Of a stretch of 64,000 bases of DNA, positions 12,060 through 25,323 are shown piece by piece. Within the stretch, counting starts at the first letter, position 1. Every line of letters starts with the position of its first letter. This DNA is from Sphagnum compactum (taxonomy: Eukaryota), in the NCBI GenBank assembly GCA_965153455.1, contig OZ234493.1, positions 31,052,213 to 31,116,212 on the forward strand, read 5' to 3'. The translations under genes and the position numbers were made by a program. Under the pieces are notes generated by a model that was not told the DNA's origin, searched no databases, and saw only the letters and a program-made list of their open reading frames with translations.

Positions 12060-12809
12060 TTGTTGCTGGCATGTATACGTTCACTCACGAATCTGGCACC
12101 CTTTAGCATTTTTGCGGATGTGGTGAATCTGGTTTCTATGGCAGTGGTGATGGCAACAGAATTCACAGCTGTTGTAACCAACCACGGTGAGCATGTGCGA
12201 GCATTTTCTGGCATGCAGGGCCTGCTTTTCACAATTGGAGTTGCCATATATACAGTGGAAGGCATCACACTTGTTCTCCCTCTTGAATCAGAAATAGACG
12301 ACAGATCCAAGTTCGGGTCTGTGATAGGGGCTGCAATGGTCTGCATCACCCTCCTGTACACAGTGTTTGGACTTCTGGGATACTTTGCTTTTGGTGAATA
12401 TACCAAAGATATCATCACCCTGAATCTGGGGAATACATGGCAGACAACCGTTGTGAAACTGGGTTTATGTACTGGTCTCCTCTTCACATATCCAGTGATG
12501 ATGACTCCAGTGTACGAGCTTATGGAGAGGCGGCTCATACAGGGGCACCCCTCTGTGCTTTTAAGATCTGTCCTTGTTTTGGCCACGGCATGGATTGCTG
12601 TTGCTGTCCCACATTTTGGCAATTTTTTGTCGCTGGTTGGAAGTAGCGTGTGCTGCCTCTTGTCGTTTGTGTTGCCTGCATCGATTCATTTGCAAGTTTT
12701 TGGTCGAAGTCTTTCATGGATTGCAAGTGCTGCAGATTACCTGCTTGTTGCATTTGGAATGATATTTGCAGTCTTGGGGACCTGGACTTCCATTCATAAC
12801 ATGATGTAG
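12060..12809 (+). CDS. Amino-acid transporter, AVT3/ANT1-like, exon 2 of 2 (about 493 aa in total from ATG 10797)
   Basis: Acceptor GCAG| at 12059 joins FPLQ to LLLACIRSLTNLAPFSIFADV, as in the family consensus. Also GVAIYTVEG..LVLPLE, GYFAFG..TKDIITLNL and FLSLVGS. TAG at 12807-12809. Confidence 0.92.
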   Translation: MLLACIRSLTNLAPFSIFADVVNLVSMAVVMATEFTAVVTNHGEHVRAFSGMQGLLFTIGVAIYTVEGITLVLPLESEIDDRSKFGSVIGAAMVCITLLYTVFGLLGYFAFGEYTKDIITLNLGNTWQTTVVKLGLCTGLLFTYPVMMTPVYELMERRLIQGHPSVLLRSVLVLATAWIAVAVPHFGNFLSLVGSSVCCLLSFVLPASIHLQVFGRSLSWIASAADYLLVAFGMIFAVLGTWTSIHNMM

Positions 12810-14353
12810 ATGCTGTGTAGGAGAGTTTAACTCCCCCCCCCCCCCCCCCAATTTGCTATAATTTCTCAGTTGTGCACGTGAAGAATCTCGTGGATGACTG
12901 TTGTTGGGATATTCAAGATCAGAGTGAGTGCTCAGAGCTGATAGGATTTGTGAGTAAAGATTTGTTGGAAACAAATCTTGTAACTTTACAAAGCCCTGGA
13001 AACCAGGATAGTTTGATTGATAAACCTACCACCTGACAGAACCTGGAAAGCGAAGTTCTTCTGCAGTGAAAATGTGTTGATTTTTACAGTATGGTGGCAA
13101 ACCCACTGATATATTAATGGCTAAGTGCCCTAGATGTTCAGCAAACTGGGGATGATTGTGGGAAATCTCTCTGGAATTGCTTGCACTTAATTCTCGTTCT
13201 TCGGAGCTATGCAACTATGCTCTTAAGGAATGTGGTTTAGCTTGAGATGAGAGGCATATGGCACATTTTTGTTGAACAAGCTTGATTGCACTACCAAATT
13301 ATCTTTTTGGTAAAATTGACATGATGTCAGCTGCATGTGTGTGTCTTTGCTTCTGTCAGTGTGCTGCAGTTTCATGTGTGATGGGTCTGCTTCATATGTG
13401 ATGGTTTGCAGCAGAAAAATGTGCCTGACTGACAACCAATGTATGGTGGTCATCAGCGGGCAAAACTTTATTGCTTGCATCTAGAAGGTTTTTCCTTTCT
13501 TGCTTCCTTTTTGAGAAGAGGAAAAGGAGTCATTTTAGCAAGACACCTCAAGAAGAGAAATGCAGGGTTAGAAATTTGTGTGTAGACTTGTGACAGTCCA
13601 GGTTTTGTGAAATGATTTTCCCCCAACTCTACTAGAGATATGGACTGTAGCTTTAAGAACTCACAGGCTTTGAACTGTATACTTGGTGACAGGTCAAACT
13701 GTAGGCCAAGAAAGGGCAAAGCTGTGAAGATCTACTAGTTTCTACTTTGCAGCTAGAAGATGAACGGGGTAACAACCACTCTCTAACCTTCACTAATCTA
13801 ATACTAGTTCTCTTTTGTAATTCCAAAAGTGCAAGGGAGGGACCTTCAAGTTGGTTCTTATGGACATGGGTGACTACAAATCCTTTTGCAACATACTTTG
13901 CTTGATCCATTATTGTGTGGTACTAGATAGATTACACTATCAAAACTAAACAAGGTCACACATATGTAAAAATGCACACAATTCCTTGTGCTTTGGAATA
14001 TTCAAACACAAAAGATGAAACTCTATAGTGACACCATTGGGATACTCCAACCCTCAAACATGAAAAAACTGGAACCTTCTTCACATAGAATTGGGTTCTA
14101 TTATTAAAATAACTGAACCATTAGAGAAAACTAATGGCCTCCAATAATTAATTTGACAAATCTTACTTTACTTCTTATTAAAGTTTTGTAAAGTTTTATT
14201 AGGAAAAAAAAAACACCATAGATTAGGAAAATTTACAGAGTAAAATTAAGAAAAAGGGAGAAGTGACATGATGTCAAGCTGGCTTGAAGTAGGTGTGAAA
14301 ATCTCTCCATGTCTATAATTGACCGCCTGTGGTAGGTTGGCCATATTTATATA

Positions 14354-14985
14354 TCAAAAATTAATCGCTTGCAAGAGATCAGTTGTGGTGATGGGAGGTG
14401 TGTTTTGAAGGGGTGGAAGTCGAAAAGTAATTAAGCCTATAGCTATTGCCCGATGGAAGATGTTTGCATCGTTTTTAATGTGATTGAAATTTTTTGACAT
14501 AAAAAAATGACCAAGGTAGAAATATGAAGGCCTTTTAACTCTTTCAAACTCCAAATGGCATTGGCGCAATCATGTGAAAACATATTGATATGTTTGTGTA
14601 AGCACCCAAATACTCCAATTGCTAAGGGGAGGAATTGATCAGTGGGGTGTCAATTGCAATAGCTCCTTTCCTTGGTTTGAGTTGCATCAGAAATGACAAA
14701 TCCTTGAGTTGTGCAAGATTGGGGAAGTAAATCCGCTTAAATTGGGTCGACAATGACAACATTAGCTAGGGTGCAAATGTCATTTTTGTTAAGCACAACG
14801 TCAACTCATCGACGAGAGGAATTGAATGTGGTTGAGGGAAGTGCATGTAATTGTTCTTGTCCCACGTGGAACCCAGCATCTCGCACAATGGCGATAAAGG
14901 TGTTGCAAATTGCATCATGGGTTCCAATGTGTTCATTGCCATGAACACAACCGAACAAGTGGATACCCATAGGGTCGATGGGATG
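14354..14985 (-). mobile_element. 5'-truncated, decayed non-LTR retrotransposon fragment with a restriction-like endonuclease (CRE-like) C-terminus
   Basis: Broken minus-strand frames read HPIDPMGIHLFGCVHGNEHIGTHDAIC, then R.VDVV...NVVIVDP, KERSY and FLPLAIGVFGCLHK. This is the Zn-knuckle/RHD/PD-(D/E)xK order typical of RLE-type LINEs. No RT domain is visible. Confidence 0.7.
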
Positions 14986-15725
14986 TGACTTTGATCTCAT
15001 CACCATACTCAGGAAAATGGTTGCGATATGGAGTAAAAGAATGAGAGATGCAATGACCCCAAAATTGAAAGATTAAATGACTCTTGAAATATTATGGTTG
15101 CTAAAAGGACATCTCTAAGACATCCCTAGGATCGGATGACTCAAAGGTCTTGACCTTAGTGTTCTTACGAACAATAATTTTTTAGATTTTTTCTGAAATT
15201 TTACTTTTGTCATCCAAGCAAAGGTAACTTGCGTATTCTCGATTTGGTCTTACTTGTTGGCATCCCCCATGGCCCAAGGAAATTTTTTTTTTTGAAAAGA
15301 AGAACACTCATTAAATTAGAAGTTGAAAAAAAAGGCCCAATAATAATGTTAAACTCTCCAAACATCATTACCATCTGACCTGACCTACCATTAATAAGTA
15401 AATATGTATCACCAAATATTAACCTTCCTTTGGATCTCCCATCCTTCAAGGCAAATTTAGACCTAGTAGGCAAATTATAATGTGGGTTTGGTGATGATGA
15501 AGGTGTCCTTTCTTTAGCCCTAATTAAATTAGGCTGACTTAACACCATACCTCCAAAGTTCAAACTCATGGTCCATGAATGATCAACAAGATCTAGTAAG
15601 TAAAACATTCATGTGCTTCCCCCTTGCTCATTTATTGGCACCACATTGAAAAATAAATAAAAATCTCCAACATCATTGTGTGTTTCCTAGTGCCCCTAAC
15701 ATCCCTCCAATTGCACTTGCTGTCC

Positions 15726-15922
15726 CTTGGCATGCCTCAAGTGCCTATGGGAAAAAAAATTGGTGTCCCTTGGTGTGCTTTCTTAACACCTTTCCCGACA
15801 CTATTGTCAACCTTTGGCATGCTTCAAATGCCTATGGGAAAAAAAAAATTGGTGTCCCTTGGTGTGCTTTCTTAACACCTTTCCAAACACCATTGTCATC
15901 CCTTGGCATCCTTCCCAATGCA
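15726..15922. repeat. 87-89-bp tandem repeat, about 2.2 copies
   Basis: ttggcatgc.tcaa.tgcctatgggaaaaaaaattggtgtcccttggtgtgctttcttaacacctt is repeated. Confidence 0.85.
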
Positions 15923-16182
15923 CATGTCACCTAATATTTGTATTTTTTAAAAATTAATTTTTTTTTGTCTTTTATGGTGTCCCTTAATGTGCTTTTCAAC
16001 ACCCTAACATAGTCATCCTTCCTAGCATCACTCTTGCATCCTTATTTTCCTTTTCACATCCCCTACAATGCTTCCTAGTGCCCAACCATCCCATGTTGCC
16101 ATTGCTTGTTCCTAACCCATTGTAATATTCATAATTTTGTCATTGTTCTATTTTCCTTTATCATCTCTTGCCATTCACATTG

Positions 16183-16634
16183 TCTTATCATTCCTACCCT
16201 TGTCTAAGCATAAAGTAGGTGTTCTCAAACTCAAAACCCGCTATTCCAAACTTAATTTTTACTAAAAGCAACAAAATTTCAAACATTTTGAAAGTTGTCT
16301 CATCATTCCTACCCTTGTCTAAGCATAAATGAGGTATCCCCAACCTCAAAACCCCTATCCCAAAACTAATTTTTACTAAAGTAACAAAATTTCGAACATC
16401 TTGAAGGTTGTCTCATCATTCCCACCCTTGTCAAAGCATAAATGAGGTGTCCCCAAACTTAAAACCCCTATCCCAAACTTAATTTTTACTAAAAGCAACA
16501 AAATTTAAACATCTTGAAGTTTGTTTCATCATTCTTGCTCTTGTTTAAACATAAAATGAAACGTCCCCAAACCCAAAACCCCTATCCTGAACCTAATTTT
16601 TACTAGAGGCAACAAAATTTCAAACATCTTGAAG
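16183..16634. repeat. About 114-bp tandem repeat, 4 copies, ending at the hAT insertion
   Basis: tcattcctacccttgtctaagcataaa...aaaacccctatcc.aaac.taatttttactaaa.gcaacaaaattt.aaacat.ttgaa occurs four times. Confidence 0.9.
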
Positions 16635-18143
16635 GTCAACATCGGTGTTGGGCGAGTATAAAAAAAGAGGTAAAAGCCAAATAGGGTTTCAAGCCGATTC
16701 TCACCTTGAATATTTCAAGGTATCATTAAAGGTGATGACTTTTTGAAACACGTCTAAAGGTTCTCATTGGGCTAAGAATTGCCCATTTGACCTTTTCACT
16801 TTATACAAAAACATTTTGATATCCTATCAGGGTATTAAAAGTTAATAAAATCAAGGTGTCAATAGTCAATATATGTCATTTAGTGTGGTAGTTGGTAGTG
16901 ATAGGTAGGGTTTTTTTTAAATTAGGTTTTCAATGGTGCCACACAAATAAAGCCACCCTTGGGCTCTTTTTTCTTTTCTTTTCTTTTTTCACTCTCTTTA
17001 TAAATAAGGACAATTGCAAGGTATGCTTAGTGTTAAATGTATGTTTTTGGTTTTTGTTTTGCTTAATCATTGTGATCTCGTGATCTTTCTTTGTTCATAT
17101 TTTGCATTGTTTCCTTGCTTCTCTATTGGTGCTCCTTAGTGCATTTTTGTTGTGGTCTATTGGTGCTCTTCAATGCGTCATTATTGTGTTATGTTCACAC
17201 ATCTTCATTTTGTTCTATTGGTGTTTGTCAATGCTTCCTAACTGTATTCTATTATTGTTCTTTGGCTTTCCTAGCTATTTTCATTAGTGTTCATCAGCAC
17301 CTCTTAATTGTGCTTTGTTGTTGTTCTTGGTTATGTTTTATTGGTGCTCATTAGCACCTCCTAGCTATGTTTTGTTGTTATTCATCGACTATTCCTAGTT
17401 GTGATTTGTTGGTGCTCGTCGGCACCTCCTTGTTGTGTTCTATTAGTGTTCATCATGTCTCCTTACTTCAAGTACATCTCTAACCCTTGGTGCTTGTCAA
17501 CACTTCTTTGTTGTGCTTTGTTGTTGCTCGTCAATGTCTCCTTGTTATGTTATGTTCTGTTAGTGTTTTTTAAGTTTCCAAACTAATACTTCCCAATTGC
17601 ATTTTTGAGGGGTTTGAAGTGTGTAAGTTTGAAATTTCAAACTTCTTCTCTAGTGCATTTTAAAAGGTTTTTTTTTAATAAAAATTTTGGGAGTTCTTTT
17701 CTTTGCATTTTTTCAATTTTTGAAGAAAAAATTTTCAAATGTGTGTTTTCAAATTCTTCAATTTTTTTTTAAATTTTATGTAAACATGTTGTATATATTT
17801 TGTCATGTGTAAGAGCAAGAGTGCACTTGTAAATCTTCACCTTGTCACATTTTTTTCAGATCTTTTACCATCTTTTACATTTTTTTTTCACATTTTAAAC
17901 CTTAAACCCTCAATGGTGCTATAAATGCTTATAATTGTAGTAGTTACTTATAATTGCCTATTTTTTTGTTTGATGTTCTGTGGGGTAGATTATAAAACTA
18001 AAATTATTTTAGTTGCTTAGATTTGTTTGTATTATTTGTTTAATTTCCTTTGGTAGACTGAATAATTAAAACCAAGACCCATAATTTTGGCAAAATTTAT
18101 ATTTATTTTAAAGTTTTCCAATCTATCTAATATTTTCTAAGAA

Positions 18144-21100
18144 ATGGAGTCAAGTCAAAATGAAAATGTGATAATAATTGATGGTGAAAATGAAGGTCTA
18201 AATGAATGTTATATGGAAGGGCTTATTCATGGTTAGGGTTCCAAAAAAGGAAAAAGGATTTTAGGACTTTTATGGGGCTATTTTTGCAAATAACATTTAT
18301 TTGAAACAAATTTAAGTGAGAAAAATTGAATAGTCCAATTTTAAATAATTCTTGTGATGATGGTGAGTTTTCACATTCATACATAATTGTGTATCAATAT
18401 TTTGGTTTATAGCAAAAAATGCAGAAATTTCCAGAAATTTCCAAAATGAGTTTTAATGAACAACCAAACATTTTTTTGGAAAAACTATTTTGTGTACATG
18501 TGACCTGCACCTAAAGCTAAACATTTTGAACCCATTGAACATTTTTTTTGTCAAATGATTTAAAAATGAATCCTTTGCCTTGTAGCCCTATCCTTCAAAA
18601 ATTTTAAACTTTGAAATTTTTGTATGATGTGGTTTTTCATCGAGTTGATTTAAAGAACATGTGCTTTCATAAAAGGGGGCATGTTTTTGTCATACAAAAA
18701 ATTTGAAATCAATTATATGGTTTTAAGCATTCCTTTTGATTCTTTTTTTTGAAAAAGTGCAGTTTAGACACTTGATATAGTTAATTTATAAGACTCAAAA
18801 TGACATATTACATAGTATCCAATTTATTCTTAAACATTTTTATTAATTTAACAAGACCTAATTTAATATATTAACATAAAACAATGCACTACAACTATAA
18901 TAATGTAAAATAAACCAAAATCCAAAGTTGTTTTTTGACATCCTTCAATATAGGTCATTCCTTTTTGGTACCCCAATTGTGAATACATTTAGAAGATAAA
19001 TTTTTTAACGTTAACTTTCAAACATAACGAAGTATAACAAAACAAACTAATGTAGAAAGAATTGTTCCTAATGAAAGGAATGAAATGGAAACAAACCTTC
19101 AAATATTGCATACTCAAAGAAAAATATGGAAAAGTGATAATAGAAATGCAATTTGTTATGCTTTTTATTATGTAAATGATAACAAAAAAGTTGATCCTAG
19201 GACTCTTGATCAAGTCATGAGATGTTTGTTTTGTTAATCTTGTGCATGTTTTTAATCCAAACAGAAGAAAAAAAAAAACTTATAACATATTATAAGACAT
19301 GGTATAAAAACTCTGAAAAATATGTGGATAGTGACCAACAATTGTCAAATTTTTTGATGAAGATTTAAATGTTTTAGTAAGAGGACCAATTAAAAATAAC
19401 TAGCAAAAAACGAATGAATGTTTAAGAAATGCAATATTTAAGTTTTTTCTATCAAGATCTTTTTTAAAAGGATGATAAACAATACAAAGATTTTTTGCAA
19501 GACTTGGTCTTCTAATTATGAAAAGCCAATTACCATTGCAGTTTGTGGAAAATGTTTAATTTAATCATCTAGTTTTTACATCTATCTCTTTGAATCGTCT
19601 TCCCTTTTAGAAAACAAAATTTTCATGAGATATTACTTCAATTGGTGAAAAAACAAAATAAGTATATGTTTTGCCAAAATTGGAAGATTGTATATTTGCC
19701 ATAACAAATTTGATTTATGGATGTCCAAGGGGCACATAATATTTTTTCTCTTGTGATTAACTTTTTAGGGTCTAATTAGGAGCTTAAAAAAGTGACTTTT
19801 AAACTATTTGAAGCAACATAAACTATTGTTTAAACCTTGGCTACCAATTTGACAAAATTGCTTGATCAATATGGATTGAGAAAAAAAAATTGCATATGTG
19901 AAAGATGAAAAGTCAAACTTAACAATAATGTCAACTACCTTGAAATCAATTGTCAAATGTGAAGTTTTAGGTTTAGATGAAAGTTTCAAAGACATTTGTA
20001 TTGGCCATGTTTTTTTAAAAGCATGTTAGTATGTCACAACTAATGAAAGGTGTGCAAAAACCTTGATTTATTTTGATCACGTTTGCCATGTTAGAGCTGC
20101 AAAATTGTATAACTTGGTTTTAAAAATCAAGGAAGGGTAGATAGGAATGGAATACTTGGCATGCTTAAATTAGAACATTCACCCCATAAAATTGAATATT
20201 CGAATGCAAACAAAGTGTAATTTTTATCTTTTAAAAATTATTATTTTTCCTATTTCTATTTAATTATCTTTTTATTCAATTATGTTGATTTTATACATAT
20301 TTAACATTTGTTTAATTGTTGCAAGTTTGTTATTAAAACCATTCTGTTCCAAGAGGCCTTGCAATTGAAAGATTTTATTAATATCTTTTCCTACAATAAA
20401 CAAAATACTATTAGAATTAATGGTAAGGTGCCCCCTCTTCTTACTTGGCATATTTTTCAAATAATTGTTGATTGTCTTTCTTTTGTTGTGAGTGCATGTG
20501 TTTTGAACCAATATAATAACCATTGGTTACTATATGATGCATTGTAGTCTGCTATTACCATGTGCTCGAAATGTACGAAAGAAGTTACAAACCCACTTAC
20601 CCAAGTTAGTTTGATTGATGATGATTCTAGAATTGCCTTTGAGTTATCAACTTTGTTTGCTATTAATATTAAGAAGGAAATTTGTGATGTATTGGAATAT
20701 TTCCTTTCTTTTTAAGAAGATTTGAAAAAGAAAAAATTAATAACATGGTATGTTTAATCCTAGACCCTAGGTTTAAAAGCCTTTGTCTAATATCTTCTTT
20801 GATTGGTCGTGAAAAAAGGATGAACATTGTTGAAAATATGATAGATGGTTAGTATATCCCACATTTTAAAAATGTTATCATTATTTTCACCTAATGGTAG
20901 AACATAAAATTGGTTGTGTAGATCAAATAGCAAATGCAGATTCTAATTTGGATATTTTTTAACAACCCCCAACACAAGTGAACTAGCAACAAAACTTGTT
21001 AGAAGGGAAATGTTGATTTTTAGATGTTACCAAGTTGATTCCAAAGAAATCAAGTGCCCTCTTGAATGGTGGGCAAAACATGAAGCCATGTTTCCTACAT

Positions 21101-21382
21101 TGTGTTTTTGGTTCGCTAAATCCTAAAGATTGTTGGGTCACAAATTGAGACTAAAAGGATTTTTTTAAAACATGGATACCTACAAATTTGAAAAGATGTC
21201 ATTTACAATTAGAAAATTTAAAAGGATTAATATTTGTGAACAAAAGTTGGCCAAGTGATTTAAAAATTGATTGTAAACCACCTTCCAATTTGGTGGAGTT
21301 AATTGAAAAGGATTTTGATTTTAAAAAGGAGTTAAATTTTTTTGAAGGTTCTTTTAAACGGGATGAATTGTTGGACATATGA
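18144..21382 (+). pseudogene. hAT transposase pseudogene (many stops and frameshifts, one nested insertion)
   Basis: Broken frames give MRCLFC (BED-finger-like), DLWMSKG, LDPRFKSL, CPLEWWAKHEAMFPT, GSQIETKRIF and KRCHLQLENLKGLIFVNKSWP (hAT dimerisation domain). Confidence 0.85.
18236..18973. mobile_element. Non-autonomous TIR element nested in the 5' end of the hAT transposase
   Basis: Ends gggttccaaaaaagga and tcctttttggtaccc. The interior at 18260-18550 resembles 27075-27330, a second copy. It interrupts the ORF MESSQNENV... that starts at 18144. TSD unclear (tta/caa). Confidence 0.6.
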
Positions 21383-22169
21383 TTTTTTGTAGAATTGATT
21401 TAATTTTCATTTAAAAAATTTTTTGGAATTTTTTAATGAAATAAAAAAACTTTTGATATTTGTTGTCTAAAAACCACCTTTGAAAATTGGTGGTATGAAC
21501 TGTTTGAAATCTGACACTTTGAAATTTGATGATTTTCTTTTTGATTTTTTGAAACCTTCCCCGAGTTTGTTGTAAAAAAAGTTAAAATAAATGGGTCGGG
21601 TATCAAAAAGCTTTTTAAACCTAAATTTGGCAAGTTTTGAAAAAAAAAAAAAACTCACCCAACATTAGTTAACATCCCATCTTGAAATGTCCTACTAGAA
21701 ACAAAAACTAATAGCCTATCCAATATGTTAAACGATGAGAAGCTAACAATACAAGCCAAGAAAGAAGCTTTCATAGATGTCATGTGTTACAAGAATCTAC
21801 TTATATAATTCATGAAAGCATTGACATTGAAGGGTTGAAATTTAAATCAAAATTCGATCATGTGTTAAGAGAACATAAAATAACATCGATAAGATCTTTT
21901 AACCAATGACAACAAAACTACACCAAGAACATTGGTTCATGAATATATAAATTGAAGATTAAAATTATTTTTAAAATAATCTTTATTTTAGGCCTAACTT
22001 TGGTCATCATTGTATTCACTCATCCTCCCTTTTGAAGTATTCTTGAAATTCATGAAATTGAAGATTGTTCTTCAAAATTAAGAATGAACTTTCAAAAATG
22101 ACCAACATTGCGTCCATTTATACTAAACTATGGTTTACTTAAGTTATGGTCACATAGATTAAAAAATTA

Positions 22170-23330
22170 CCTAGGTAAGGCTTACCTATCTCCCTACCTA
22201 CCTACGAACTACCTACTTATTTACCTACTTACCCACCTAACTATGTAGAAACAAGGACAATGAAAAGTTTAGTATGTGGGGGTTACATAAAGTCTAATTA
22301 AAAACCTACTTAAAGACCACCTAGAGTTGTGTTGGGGTTACCAATGGGCCTATCTAGGTTAAGGGCTAAGGGCTACTAATTAGGAGGTTACATAAGGCCT
22401 ACCTATGGGGTTGTAAAAATATTTTTTAGGTTGAAAAATATCTAAAGGTTATTTAAGGGGATTACCTGAAGATCACGTAGAGGCCTATTTAGGTATGGAT
22501 AATTAAGATAAAAACTATCAAAAGTTTATGTAGGGGGTTACATAAGGACTATTTTGGGTGCTACATATAAAGGCTACTCAAGGAAATACCTAAGTTGGGG
22601 GATATTTAAGGACCACATAATGGTTTACTCGAGGAAGTAAATATAGTCTACATAAGGTTTATAACTCAACCATAGGTAATCTTTAAATACCCCCCTATGT
22701 AGCCCCCTTATGCAAGCCTCATGTAACCCCATTTTGCATTATGAATCAACCTTAGGTAGCCCCTTTGAATAACTCCTAGGTATGCTTTAACCTAAGAAAG
22801 CCCTAATTAGCTTTAGAAGTAAGTATATCCCATAACCTAGGTAGGTCACTAGGTGTCTCCCTAGGTAGGCTTTAAATAGTTCTTTAAATAGGCCTTAGGT
22901 AACCCATAACCTAGGTAGGCCCCTAAATACCTCCCTAGATAATCCTTACATAGCCTTCTAAGTAAGCTTTATGTAAGCTTTTGATAACCCCCAATGAACC
23001 CCCTAGGTAGGCTTTATGTAGCTCTTTAAGTAGTCCCTAAATATCCCATAACCTATGTAGGTTTTAAAATGTCTCCTCGAATTCCTAGGTAGGCCTTAGG
23101 AAGCTTTCTAAATAGTCCTTAAATATCCTATAACTTAGGTAGATCCAAGTAAATGTCTCATTAAATATTCCCTAGATAGGCCCTTGGTAACCCTTTTAAG
23201 TAACCCTTTGGTATCCTTTAACTTAAAAAATCCCTAGGTAACCCCTTAGGTAGGTTTTGTGTTATCTTTTAAATTCCCTTTAAATACACACATGAAATAA
23301 GTATTAGGTACAGTTAGGTAGACACATAAA
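22170..23330. repeat. Degenerate minisatellite of CCTAGGTAGG/GGGGTTAC-type units arranged as two oppositely oriented blocks
   Basis: The left block is rich in ggggttacataa and cctacct, the right block in the reverse complements gtaacccc and cctaggtaggc. The switch is near 22660-22680. Confidence 0.6.
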
Positions 23331-24949
23331 CATACATAATGTATAACATATTGGGTTTGATGGAAATATTAAAGACATAGTGTAAAATAAAGATTTGGGG
23401 AACAATGGCCATAATATAGACAACCATTATGCGACATTGACTGTTAACTCATAGTTTTAATCAACCGATATGTTCTTTATTACCAAATGAACGGGAAATC
23501 TATTTGTAATATCTTTTATTGCTTGCATTTGTGTGTTGAAACATTGTTTCATACCATCCTCCAATTGTTTAAATAAATCCTCCAAACCATGTTTCACACA
23601 TTGGAACACCAATCCTAGGTGCAATAATTTGTTTATCTTTGTAAGGCAAACTTTTTGAACATTTGATATCAAAACTCTCATGTGTGAAGTGGTATAATCG
23701 TTAAACCACCATAAAATTAATTTTGATTAAATGTTTGCTTTGAATTTCAGCAATATGTCTTCATTTAAGTTTTTAGTTTTAGTTGAAAGAACATGAAGAG
23801 TGATGAAGAAAGTAAGGTAATTATGGGTTTTGTTAAGAAAAAATTAGCCAAAAAGAAATAGAGATTTTGCCAACATTAATGTTTGGCCTGGAAAAAAATA
23901 AAAGTTTTGTTTTGGCAAGGAAAAAATAAAGGTTTTGTTGAGAGGTAAAGGCTTGGCCATCAATAGATAGAAGGTAGGTAAGTAGGTAGGGGGTTGGTCA
24001 TTAGTTGGTAGGTAGGGTCAAAATTGAGATCAACATGATAGCTAAACCAGTAGGGTAATTAGGTGAGAGGGTAGTATGGAGTGGTTAGGGTGACAAAAAA
24101 CATGGCCAAAAAGTGGGGAAAAAACATGGTGAAAGCAAAAAACAAAAGGGGTCAAAAAAGGTTGATTGTGGTACAATGTTGGTTACCGCAGGGTCAAGAG
24201 CCAGATGAAAAAACACAACCCATCCATCAATCCTATGAACAAAACAGCCAACTGGTGCACTGGTGAGTGCCGATTCACTCTGGCCTTGTAGATTGCCAAA
24301 AAGATTCATCCAATATGGGTTCAAACTACCAAACCAATGTGGTACTAGTATACAAATTGTCTCAGGGTATAAACCCCTAAAGCTGGATTCATACTTGTCA
24401 GAAATTCACACAAAAAAATTCACATGTGGCATCTACCTATTTACACATTGCTGAACTTGATGAAACTTTTTTCCAAGGAGTTCTGTAAAGGGATATTGGG
24501 TATGTTTGAGTATGTTCAGAAAATGGTTTGAGAGAGTAAATTTTGAATTTTGAAAGGGCTACTCTTAAGCTTCAAACTTCAAAAAGGCATCAAGTAAAGA
24601 AACGAGAAACAAACAAACAAACAAGCAAAGAGAGGGAAAGAGAGAGAAGGAAGGAAGGAAGGAAGGAAGGAAGGAAAAAGAGAGGAAGGCCTAGGCAGCC
24701 AGTGAAAAAAAAGAAAAAGAATCAGGGGCAGTCTGATCTTTTGGGGCAGAAGTTTTTGACAGACCAGAAAAAATTTCAGACAGCCCATTTGGCAAGTTGG
24801 CATAATACCCCAATAGCCAAATAGCCTTGCAAACTTTGCGATTTGGCAACCTCGACGTGGCAAATAGGAAAAGTGAGCCAGCCAGCCTTTGACAAAATAG
24901 CCAAGCAGATGGTATTATTCCACCATACACAAAAATTATTTAGTTATTA

Positions 24950-25323
24950 GAGTTATTTGTAAAGTCACCCTCTCTTTCACCCCTTATCCCCTCTTTCAGT
25001 GGTATCCGCAAAGTGAGGAATTAAAAAAAAAAATCTCAGTATGAAATGCTCAAACTCAGCATTTAATGCACAATGTTCAAGACTAATTGTAGTAGTTGTA
25101 CAGGTAGGAGCAGTGAAAATATGTGTAGCAGCAGTGAAGGCGCTCAGGCAAAAGGAAACACAGGATGAAACTCAGTTTACCACCAAATTTGGGGGAAAAG
25201 AACTAGTTTGGGTCCCAGTTATTTCCTTTTGTAAAATTTTCATTCCCAGTTACGCGTTTGATGCCCTATTATGCCGGAACTGGCCGTTCTCGCCCCCTAA
25301 TCGCCTGACTTTACGGATAACTC
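24950..25323 (+). mobile_element. MITE family A, copy 1 (TIR GAGTTATCCGTAAAGTCA, TA flanks; Tc1/mariner/Stowaway-like)
   Basis: ta|gagttatttgtaaagtca ... tgactttacggataactc|ta. Three more copies lie in the window. Confidence 0.9.

Larger units (their letters stand above)
16643..21667 (+). mobile_element. Full-length but dead hAT transposon (5025 bp)
   Basis: TIRs cggtgttgggcgag and ctcacccaacatta. 8-bp TSD gtcaacat (16635-16642) and gttaacat (21668-21675), 7/8 match. Contains a transposase remnant and degenerate subterminal repeats at about 17120-17570. Confidence 0.9.

Noticed and set aside
11996..12622. 208-aa antisense ORF
   Set aside because: Shadow frame of the hydrophobic transporter exon, with no recognisable motifs.
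15210..15608. 132-aa minus-strand ORF
   Set aside because: No recognisable domain. It lies in repeat-derived sequence and crosses homopolymer runs.
24543..24930. Lys/Arg/Glu-rich and Phe/Leu-rich ORFs (also 40467-40830 and 43359-44145)
   Set aside because: Translations of (GGAA)n and poly-A low-complexity tracts.
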